Shown: positions 55,553-64,000 of the stretch, one piece after another
Layout of the letters: every line of letters begins with the position of its first letter
How positions within the stretch are numbered: the first letter of the stretch is position 1
Assembly (NCBI RefSeq): GCF_003334305.1
Contig: NZ_QOWS01000021.1
DNA from: Escherichia coli
Lineage (GTDB): Bacteria > Pseudomonadota > Gammaproteobacteria > Enterobacterales > Enterobacteriaceae
Reading direction: 5' to 3' (one strand)
DNA: 64,000 nucleotides
Program-made: the position numbers and the translations under genes
Notes under the pieces: model-generated
What the model saw: only the letters and a program-made list of their open reading frames with translations
What the model was told of the DNA's origin: nothing
Databases searched by the model: none

Positions 55553-56560
55553 TCATTGATAATCGACGCGTAAATACCCCAGCGCGCTAAACGGCCCTTC
55601 GGTCGGTTTTTGACCGGTAATACTGATAGGCCAGGCGCGAAGTGTGACATTGGCTGCCGCAGCTGCATCCAGACGGAAAGGAATAACGCTATTGAGATCG
55701 TTAGGCGTGATCGGCGTATCGTTCTGATCGGCGACAATAAAACCTAAATCCTGATTGTCCGACACCATCGCCTGACCAGAAACGGCACTGGCTTCCAGAC
55801 GCATTGTTAAATAAGCCTGCGCAGCAACATTCGTACATTTGACCGCAATGCTCTTGGTTTGCGGCATGACACCAGCAGGTCGATTACCCGGCCCTGCCGC
55901 ACTAAATAACGATGCGCCGATATCACCAAAATCAAATTCAACAATCTGCCCGGCATTTAATTCGCAGTTTTGCGGTACTTCAACCCGGCCACCAAAACTA
56001 ATGGTATAAACAGGTGTAACCAACGGATCGTAAGGCGTTGATGTCACATACACGGTAAACATCACCTGTCTGGGGATCTCCACCATGTTAATAAAGGGAC
56101 GAATAACCTTTAAACGAAATATTAAACGAGAATCCATCACCCCGAATGGAAGGTTTTGTGAAACGTTAGGATCTGTTCCCATCCGAATATAATTTTGCGG
56201 GGGGAACTGAATATCCATCACACTATCAACCAGACTCACCGCACCTAATAGATAATCATTTAATTGCATATATTTATAATTATCGATAGTTTCCTGAACA
56301 ATAAAGTTGGTGACATAACTACGGTATGTATAATTCACCAGCGTGCCGGGTGGACAAATTGCTGACACACCTACCCAGCCGGATTTTTCCGGTAAAACAA
56401 CAATCTGCCCTGGCTGGTTATTGGTGCTATTAAAGATATTTGAGAGATCATAGTGTTCATCTTCTGCTACGCCAGTACTATTTGCACAAACAGTAGCCCA
56501 GGATATGTTTGCCAGACACAAACATTCCATCGCCAATAATAATCTGCAGATTATCTTCAT
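55553..56560 (-). CDS. sfmH: Fimbrial adhesin-like protein SfmH
   Basis: FimH-like two-domain protein in the sfm operon; start codon uncertain. Confidence 0.75.
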   Translation of the reverse strand: MKIICRLLLAMECLCLANISWATVCANSTGVAEDEHYDLSNIFNSTNNQPGQIVVLPEKSGWVGVSAICPPGTLVNYTYRSYVTNFIVQETIDNYKYMQLNDYLLGAVSLVDSVMDIQFPPQNYIRMGTDPNVSQNLPFGVMDSRLIFRLKVIRPFINMVEIPRQVMFTVYVTSTPYDPLVTPVYTISFGGRVEVPQNCELNAGQIVEFDFGDIGASLFSAAGPGNRPAGVMPQTKSIAVKCTNVAAQAYLTMRLEASAVSGQAMVSDNQDLGFIVADQNDTPITPNDLNSVIPFRLDAAAAANVTLRAWPISITGQKPTEGPFSALGYLRVDYQ

Positions 56561-56572
56561 TGATAATTTCCT

Positions 56573-59182
56573 TTATGAGCCAGGATGTGTGCAAACTGCC
56601 GAAATAACAGTGACGGCTTGCTGTAAGCTTTGCTTCGGCAATACATAGTGCGCAATGCAGCGTGAGTTCGCGCCGTCTCCCCACTGAACCAGTAATTCAC
56701 CAGACAATGGCGCACCACTTAAATAAACTTGCCCGTCATCACCCACCATACTGGTTATTCCGGTACTGTTTTCCCGTACCAGTGATCCAAACGGCACCGG
56801 TTTTCCGCCCTGGGTAACGGTAATGAGCGCCCGCACGCCTATGCGGGTATCAAAATTGGCACGAACCAACGCGCCTTGCGTCGGCACAACGCTGCTAATA
56901 TTTTTTTCAACATCGATGGAATTCCCCATCGTATTGGTATCAAGCGCGATACGGTTATACCGATAAACCGTGGCATACGGCATCACCGCATAGCCGCGCC
57001 AGTCGGTTAAAATGCCAGTTTGATTTTCAATGCGTACACCGCCTGCGCCAGGCGCTTTAATCAAAACATTGGTATCCCCTAAAGGCTGGCTCAGCGTTAT
57101 GCCATTTTCGTGCCCGACCACACCGCCAGACAGCTGCCAGTTAACGTCATGTTGATCGCGGTCGTAGTTATACCCGACCCCCAGCGTACCGTAAGTGGCC
57201 TGCCAGTTTGCCGTGGCGCTGCCCGTATACCCATTATTCGAGGTATCACCCTGGCTTACGTGATAACTCAGGTTGTGGCCTTCCAGTAAGGTCCCACCTA
57301 CACCTGCCAGCCAGCTATTTTGCCCGTTGCTGTTACGGTTGGCGTTAAAGGAGGCATAAGCGCGGTCGAGCGCATTTTCCCGGGTGTAGCGACGTTTGGT
57401 CAGAACATTGAAAGGCACTGAAACATTAAGTCCGACAATACGTTCGTTATCGGGGATCCCTACAGATTCATTCCACGAAAATGAGAGTGAATAACTGATA
57501 CCAACCCAGCTGCTGGTATACCCCACCTGATACCAGGTATCTGAATCCGAAGTATTCCAGTATTTTTGATGGGTACCAGAGATATAAAGCGAGCCAAAGT
57601 CATTAAGTGATTGTGAAATATTTAACTGCAAACGGTCTTTACGGCTAAAGCGTAAATTGTGGTAATTCACGATTATCGGTTCATCCCGATGCTCACCGTC
57701 GTAATCGTAATCATATTCGTACCCCTCCATTCGACGATACGCAACATCATCAAGGGTATAAAAACCTTGTGTCGAATAGCGGTAACCCATTAACTGAAAA
57801 TTGGTGCCGAAGGTGTTCATCGATTTCGCATAGAGGAAGCGAATGGAATCCCCCTCATGACGACTGTCGTCGGCTAACTGACTGCGCGCATGGGTCACAT
57901 CCAGCGACACTGCCCCCCAGTTTCCGAGATTGCGCCCCAGTCCTAATAAAAAGGCGGTGTAATTGGCAGATAATTGCGTCCCGCCGTAGGCAGTAAATTC
58001 CTGTGGTAAACCGCCGAGTGCCGTGCCCTGAAAAAAGAAAGGTGATGATTGCTGACTATTACCGCTACGAAAATCGCCCGCCTTCAGGTCAAATTTGAAA
58101 CGCCCTTCGCGTTGTAAAATCGGCACTGTTGAATACGGAATTGTGTAATTCTGCTGATTGCCATCGCGCTCGTCGATGGTGACATCCAGATCGCCATTTG
58201 AAGATGTCGGGTGCAAATCTGTAATTTCAAAAGCGCCGGGGGAAACATAGCTTTGATAGATAATCAAACCATTTTGCCGAATCGTTAGCTGGGCCGCCGT
58301 ACGGGCAATCCCACGTACCGTTGGGGCAAACCCTTGCTGGCTATCAGGATACATATTATCGGAAGAGTAAAGCCGTATACCACGAAATCCAACACCATCG
58401 AAAATATCACTTCCTGTATTGCCGTCTCCCATTACCAGTTCACTTTTCAGCGGAATAATGGCGCGCTGTACCCAGGTGCCAATATTATTCCACTGCTCTG
58501 AATGATATCCATTTCCGCGAAAATAGTTCCAGGAACCATTGTTGCGTAAACGCCACGGGCCAATATTAATCCCGCTGAGCTCACTAAAAAAATAGCTATC
58601 GTTACCATTACCTCTGTTACCGGTGAAATTATAATTCAGGAGTAAAGCAGGAATACCTTCATCCCACTCTTCAGGCGGAATGTAACCGTGAGCGCTACTC
58701 AACAACGCTATCTGAGGAATAGTGATGTTCAGGCGCATCGCTGCAAAATCAAAGTTAATTGTGGCATCAGGTACAGCTTTCAGTAAATTGATGCATTTAT
58801 TGTTTTGCTGCTGGGCTAACTCGGGAAATGCACTGCTATTAAGGCCAATTCGTTCAAGGAGTACCTGGTTAAAACAGGGCATTAACCCACCTGATTTATC
58901 ACCTGTATTTTCTGTTGTCGATTCAAATACGATATCCTGTGAACCAATGAACTCATCATTACGCCAGAGATCCACCCGATACACGCCCGCAGGTTGATGA
59001 TTACCTCTCTCAAAGCGCGATAAATCAGCAACGGATGTGCCATTCTCTAATAAAAATGCCGGGTTGAAATAACTTTCCGCATAGCTTAAAAAGGAGGGTA
59101 AAATGGCAAGAGATGAATAACAAATTCCGGCCAGACACCAGGTATACCTCTGCGGAATATCCGTAGTAGTGGGTATTTTCAT
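56573..59182 (-). CDS. sfmD: Fimbrial usher SfmD
   Basis: About 869-aa outer-membrane usher-like protein. Confidence 0.85.
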   Translation of the reverse strand: MKIPTTTDIPQRYTWCLAGICYSSLAILPSFLSYAESYFNPAFLLENGTSVADLSRFERGNHQPAGVYRVDLWRNDEFIGSQDIVFESTTENTGDKSGGLMPCFNQVLLERIGLNSSAFPELAQQQNNKCINLLKAVPDATINFDFAAMRLNITIPQIALLSSAHGYIPPEEWDEGIPALLLNYNFTGNRGNGNDSYFFSELSGINIGPWRLRNNGSWNYFRGNGYHSEQWNNIGTWVQRAIIPLKSELVMGDGNTGSDIFDGVGFRGIRLYSSDNMYPDSQQGFAPTVRGIARTAAQLTIRQNGLIIYQSYVSPGAFEITDLHPTSSNGDLDVTIDERDGNQQNYTIPYSTVPILQREGRFKFDLKAGDFRSGNSQQSSPFFFQGTALGGLPQEFTAYGGTQLSANYTAFLLGLGRNLGNWGAVSLDVTHARSQLADDSRHEGDSIRFLYAKSMNTFGTNFQLMGYRYSTQGFYTLDDVAYRRMEGYEYDYDYDGEHRDEPIIVNYHNLRFSRKDRLQLNISQSLNDFGSLYISGTHQKYWNTSDSDTWYQVGYTSSWVGISYSLSFSWNESVGIPDNERIVGLNVSVPFNVLTKRRYTRENALDRAYASFNANRNSNGQNSWLAGVGGTLLEGHNLSYHVSQGDTSNNGYTGSATANWQATYGTLGVGYNYDRDQHDVNWQLSGGVVGHENGITLSQPLGDTNVLIKAPGAGGVRIENQTGILTDWRGYAVMPYATVYRYNRIALDTNTMGNSIDVEKNISSVVPTQGALVRANFDTRIGVRALITVTQGGKPVPFGSLVRENSTGITSMVGDDGQVYLSGAPLSGELLVQWGDGANSRCIAHYVLPKQSLQQAVTVISAVCTHPGS

Positions 59183-59212
59183 AATTAGCTCTGATATTGT
59201 CAGATGATTCGG

Positions 59213-59905
59213 TTAGTTTAAGTTCACTTCTCTGACCGGGGTTACTGAACCATAATCATTAACGGTCTGAAATTTCAGCTTTCCCTGCACTCCTGAGGGT
59301 AAGGGAATTTGTGAACTAACTCTGGGTGCCGCCATAGCATTCCCCAACTTTTGGCTGCCCACTTGCAGGTTAACGAGGGTGACATAAAAAGGTGATGGAT
59401 TATGAACATTGATATAGTTACCGGATCGCGAAAACTTGAGTGTGTCCGGCGCTTCTGCGGGTAATTCTTGTAATTGAATTGGACGGAGAAATAATTTCAT
59501 GCGCGATAAAATCGCCAGTTGCAAAACATTCCTGCCGTTCAATGCATTTTTATCTACCGAAGGGATCGTCTTAACATTCATCCAGAACAGAGACTCACGA
59601 TCTGCTGCCAGCGGTGGACCGGTGTAAATAATACGCAAAGTATTTTCGCTTTTGGGTTCACTAACAAACAGTGGCGGTGTAATGATGAATGACTTTTCTT
59701 TTACACCGCTGCTGTTTTCAATCCACGAATTGACCAGAAAACGCTCATTGGTATGGCTATTTCTAATCCATACCGCAGTCTGTTTAGCATCAGCGGGATA
59801 AATAATACGCGTGGCACCTAATGCGATCCCTCCGGCAGCATGGGCGCTGGCCGAAATGATTAAAAAAAATATAATGAGCATCAATAACTTTATTTTAGTC
59901 ATCAT
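59213..59905 (-). CDS. sfmC: Periplasmic fimbrial chaperone SfmC, 230 aa
   Basis: PapD-like chaperone sequence with a signal peptide. Confidence 0.85.
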   Translation of the reverse strand: MMTKIKLLMLIIFFLIISASAHAAGGIALGATRIIYPADAKQTAVWIRNSHTNERFLVNSWIENSSGVKEKSFIITPPLFVSEPKSENTLRIIYTGPPLAADRESLFWMNVKTIPSVDKNALNGRNVLQLAILSRMKLFLRPIQLQELPAEAPDTLKFSRSGNYINVHNPSPFYVTLVNLQVGSQKLGNAMAAPRVSSQIPLPSGVQGKLKFQTVNDYGSVTPVREVNLN

Positions 59906-60124
59906 AGTTAATACGCCTTGTGTATTCCTGACGGCAAAAATAAGAAATATAAAGAAATGATTGCTTTGGTTTCTTACAACACATCATTCCCTTTTCATTT
60001 AATAAAGCGGCATGATACAAAGTGAACATGATTTCGATTTACATTGCCACCATACCGCTTCAGACAACCGGCACATTACTTTGTTATAAGACGTGATATA
60101 TAATTCAAAACAACGTGGTTTTGA

Positions 60125-60667
60125 TTATTCGTATCTCATAATAAAAGTCGCGTCAGCATTTGCTTGCCCTGCTGATGCACTTGTACCGGTGCCTTTATAA
60201 CGTGCAGAAAAATGAAGAACGTTGGTCCCGGGGATCAAGTTCTGGTTGGTTGAGAAGCTATTCCCATCAGGTTTGAGAATTGCGGATGTATTATCAAGTA
60301 TTTCAATACCGACACCCGTTGCTGTTGTTGTATTGGTACTGGATGCAATGGCCAATAAATTATCATTGATTGCATCAGCCTGACCAGAAAATGCAACGGC
60401 AGCATTAGCGGCAACAACAGGATCGCAGTCGTTCAACTGAATGGTGAATGGAATTAATGCAGAGGTATTACCAACAGCATTGAAAATATCGGTACGATAT
60501 TGACCGAGTGTGACAACCTGGTCTGCCGAGTCAGTATTCACTGAACAGGCAGCATTCACCAGTTCGCCTTCAAAGTGAATTGTACCGCCATCTACAACGG
60601 CAGCATAACTACCCGTAGCGGCGAATAGTGCGGCAGCCAGCGCAGACGAAATAAATCTTAATTTCAT
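60125..60667 (-). CDS. sfmA: Type 1 fimbrial-like major subunit SfmA, 180 aa
   Basis: Internal Met [22 protein letters not shown] signal peptide; FimA-like. Confidence 0.8.
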   Translation of the reverse strand: MKLRFISSALAAALFAATGSYAAVVDGGTIHFEGELVNAACSVNTDSADQVVTLGQYRTDIFNAVGNTSALIPFTIQLNDCDPVVAANAAVAFSGQADAINDNLLAIASSTNTTTATGVGIEILDNTSAILKPDGNSFSTNQNLIPGTNVLHFSARYKGTGTSASAGQANADATFIMRYE

Positions 60668-61147
60668 ATATATTCCTTCAATCTCATTTATCGACTCCAC
60701 ATCCGTATATAACCGATTACTTTATTTAAGTCACTGATAGTAGTAAAATTCCTTTTTATCCTCTAAGAATGTCTTAATTGAAAATATGCACTCTAATCTA
60801 AAAAATAGAGAGCCCCGTTAGATGAATACTTCCGCGCAAAATATATTCAACACAAATATAGACCTGAAGCGGTAAATCACCAGGCTGAAAATTCTTTTTA
60901 TATTGTCAGGTATTTCTTAAATTATCTTAATCCTTAAACAAGGAAATAAATCAGTTCCAGATTTACAACGCCATCATGGACGAAAAATGAAGCTTTCAAT
61001 CTCAGCGACCTCAGCGACGGTGCGCCTAACCTTCGCAAGAGGTCGCTTCACGCGATAAATCTGAAACGAAACCTGACAGCGCGCCCCGCTTCTGACAAAA
61101 TAGGCGCATCCCCTTCGACCTACGTAACAGATGGAATCCTCTCTCTG

Positions 61148-62014
61148 ATGGCAGCAAAGATTATTGACGGTAAAACGATTGCGCAGCAGGTGCGCTCTGA
61201 AGTTGCTCAAAAAGTTCAGGCGCGTATTGCAGCCGGACTGCGGGCACCAGGACTGGCCGTTGTGCTGGTGGGTAGTAACCCTGCATCGCAAATTTATGTC
61301 GCAAGCAAACGCAAGGCTTGTGAAGAAGTCGGGTTCGTCTCCCGCTCTTATGACCTCCCGGAAACCACCAGCGAAGCGGAGCTGTTGGAGCTTATCGATG
61401 CGCTGAATGCCGACAACACCATCGATGGCATTCTGGTTCAACTGCCGTTACCGGCGGGTATTGATAACGTCAAAGTGCTGGAACGTATTCATCCGGACAA
61501 AGACGTGGACGGTTTCCATCCTTACAACGTCGGTCGTCTGTGCCAGCGCGCGCCGCGTCTGCGTCCCTGCACCCCGCGCGGTATCGTCACGCTGCTTGAG
61601 CGTTACAACATTGATACCTTCGGCCTCAACGCCGTGGTGATTGGCGCATCGAATATCGTCGGTCGCCCAATGAGCATGGAACTGTTGCTCGCAGGTTGCA
61701 CCACTACCGTGACTCACCGCTTCACTAAAAATCTGCGTCATCACGTAGAAAATGCCGATCTGTTGATCGTTGCCGTTGGCAAGCCAGGCTTTATTCCCGG
61801 TGACTGGATCAAAGAAGGCGCAATTGTGATTGATGTCGGCATCAACCGTCTGGAAAATGGCAAAGTTGTGGGCGACGTCGTGTTTGAAGACGCGGCTAAA
61901 CGCGCCTCATACATTACGCCTGTTCCCGGCGGCGTTGGCCCGATGACGGTTGCCACGCTGATTGAAAACACGCTACAGGCGTGCGTTGAATATCATGATC
62001 CACAGGATGAGTAA
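61148..62014 (+). CDS. folD: Bifunctional methylenetetrahydrofolate dehydrogenase/cyclohydrolase FolD, 288 aa
   Basis: Full-length match to FolD as recalled. Confidence 0.95.
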
Positions 62015-62015
62015 C

Positions 62016-62228
62016 ATGGCGACATTTTCTTTAGGTAAACATCCGCACGTTGAGCTGTGCGACTTGCTGAAACTGGAAGGCTGGAGCGAAAGCGGCGCGC
62101 AGGCGAAAATCGCGATTGCCGAAGGCCAGGTGAAAGTCGACGGTGCGGTTGAAACGCGCAAACGCTGCAAAATCGTCGCCGGTCAGACAGTGAGTTTTGC
62201 AGGTCACAGCGTACAGGTTGTTGCCTGA
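62016..62228 (+). CDS. ybcJ: S4-like RNA-binding protein YbcJ, 70 aa
   Basis: Internal Met MATFSLGKHPHVELCDLLK…. Confidence 0.8.
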   Translation: MATFSLGKHPHVELCDLLKLEGWSESGAQAKIAIAEGQVKVDGAVETRKRCKIVAGQTVSFAGHSVQVVA

Positions 62229-62335
62229 TCCCTTTCCCGGCCTGTATCAACAGGCCGGTTCTCTTTTCAGACTTTTGCCCTCTACGCCCCGTTCATCCAT
62301 GCTGATAGCATCGACATTTTGCCGAAGCGACCATC

Positions 62336-62857
62336 ATGCCAACCGTTATTACGCACGCCGCCGTTCCCCTATGCATTGGTTTAGGGTTGGGTTCGAAAGT
62401 CATCCCTCCGCGTCTGTTATTTGCCGGAATCATCCTGGCGATGCTGCCCGACGCCGACGTATTGTCGTTTAAATTTGGCGTTGCTTACGGCAATGTTTTT
62501 GGTCATCGCGGTTTTACCCATTCGCTGGTGTTTGCGTTTGTTGTCCCGCTGTTATGTGTGCTGATTGGACGCCGATGGTTCAGGGCTGGGCTGATTTGCT
62601 GCTGGCTGTTTTTAACCGTCTCGTTGCTATCGCACAGCTTGCTGGATTCGGTAACCACTGGCGGTAAGGGCGTTGGCTGGCTGTGGCCGTGGTCAGATGA
62701 ACGCTTTTTCGCTCCCTGGCAGGTGATTAAAGTCGCGCCGTTTGCATTGTCTCGTTACACCACGCCGTACGGGCATCAGGTGATAATTTCTGAATTGATG
62801 TGGGTGTGGTTGCCGGGGATGGTGCTTATGGGAATGTTGTGGTGGCGCAGGCGATAA
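62336..62857 (+). CDS. ybcI: Inner membrane protein YbcI (DUF457-like), 173 aa
   Basis: Multi-TM ORF; synteny. Confidence 0.8.
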   Translation: MPTVITHAAVPLCIGLGLGSKVIPPRLLFAGIILAMLPDADVLSFKFGVAYGNVFGHRGFTHSLVFAFVVPLLCVLIGRRWFRAGLICCWLFLTVSLLSHSLLDSVTTGGKGVGWLWPWSDERFFAPWQVIKVAPFALSRYTTPYGHQVIISELMWVWLPGMVLMGMLWWRRR

Positions 62858-62892
62858 CCGGATGCGAAAACTCGCATCCGGCAACAGCGCAA

Positions 62893-64000
62893 TTACTTAC
62901 GACGCCAGGTGGTCCCTTGCGGGCCATCTTCCAGCACGATCCCCATCTCGTTAAGACGGTCACGCGCCGCATCTGCCGCCGCCCAGTCTTTCGCTTTACG
63001 GGCATCCAGACGCTGTTGAATTAACGCTTCAATCTCAGCCACTTCGCTGTCGTCTGCCTGCGCGCCGCTTTGCAGGAACGCTTCCGGTTCTTGCTCCAGC
63101 AGGCCCAATACAGCGGAAAGTTTACGCAGGTGAGATGCCATTGCATTCGCCGCTGCCATATCTTCTGCTTTCAGACGGTTTACTTCACGCGCCATATCAA
63201 ACAGTACGGAATAGGCTTCCGGGGTGTTGAAATCGTCGTCCATCGCTTCAATAAAGCGCGCTTCAAACGCTTCGCCACCGGCAGGCGCAACGGTTTTATC
63301 TGTGCCGCGCAGCGCAGTGTAGAGACGCTCCAGCGCCGCACGCGCCTGCTTCAGGTTCTCTTCGCTGTAGTTCAACTGGCTGCGATAGTGGCCCGACATC
63401 AGGAAGTAACGCACGGTTTCCGCGTCGTAGTATTTCAGCACATCGCGCACGGTAAAGAAGTTACCCAGCGATTTGGACATCTTCTCGCGGTCAACCATCA
63501 CCATCCCCGAGTGCATCCAGTAGTTCACATACTGGCCATCATGGGCACAGGTGGACTGCGCGATTTCGTTCTCGTGGTGCGGGAACATCAGGTCTGAACC
63601 GCCGCCGTGGATATCAAAGTGGTTACCCAGCTGCTTGCAGTTCATTGCCGAACATTCAATGTGCCAGCCTGGACGGCCCGCGCCCCACGGAGACGGCCAG
63701 CTCGGTTCGCCCTCTTTCGACATCTTCCACAGAACGAAGTCCATCGGGTTGCGTTTGTCGTCGACCACGTCAACGCGCGCACCTGCCTGCAGCTGGTCGA
63801 GATCCTGACGCGACAGCACGCCATATGTCGGATCGGTCGGGACGTCGAACATCACGTCGCCGTTGTCCGCCACATAAGCGTGACCTTTGGCGATCAGTTG
63901 TTCAGTGAGTTCAATAATTTCTGCGATATGGTGCGTCGCGCGCGGCTCCATATCCGGGCGCAGAATGTTCAAAGCATCAAAATCTTTGTGCATTTCGGCG
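62893..64000 (-). CDS. cysS: Cysteine--tRNA ligase CysS, 3' part only; the gene runs past the window end
   Basis: C-terminal CysS sequence including the KMSKS motif; no N-terminus within the window. Confidence 0.9.

Overview
The window is an Escherichia coli-type chromosomal segment interrupted by a ~46.6 kb lambdoid prophage integrated at tRNA-Arg(UCU) argU. Left flank: nfrB (split by an in-frame stop), nfrA, ybcH, envY. Right flank: fimZ, sfmFHDCA, folD, ybcJ, ybcI and the 3' part of cysS. The prophage lies between a 45-bp partial tRNA copy (about 7529-7573) and the intact tRNA (about 54073-54149), in the position of the defective DLP12 element, but it looks structurally complete. It carries int/xis, a gam-bet-exo recombination module, a cI/cro immunity region, O/P replication genes with ori iterons, nin-region genes (ybcN, ninE, ybcO, rusA, ylcG), Q, a phage-21-type lysis cassette, cos, and lambda-type head and tail genes through J, lom, a side tail fibre, tfa and a Pin-type invertase. 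Cargo includes ompT, an NmpC/Lc-type porin, bor, a SAM-methyltransferase and a secreted alpha/beta hydrolase. The best candidates for an undescribed system are two AT-rich, translationally coupled two-gene cassettes. The stronger one sits in the rexAB-equivalent position just downstream of cI (47243-48891) and encodes an HTH-fused ImmA/IrrE-type HEXXH metallopeptidase plus a PIN-like protein. The second is a reverse-oriented pair in the nin region (42906-43708) encoding a small soluble protein and a 3-TM membrane protein. Coordinates taken from the ORF track are exact; coordinates I derived by reading raw sequence (tRNA, repeats, hairpins, operators) may be off by 2-3 nt. All protein identifications are from recalled sequence similarity and motifs, not from database searches.
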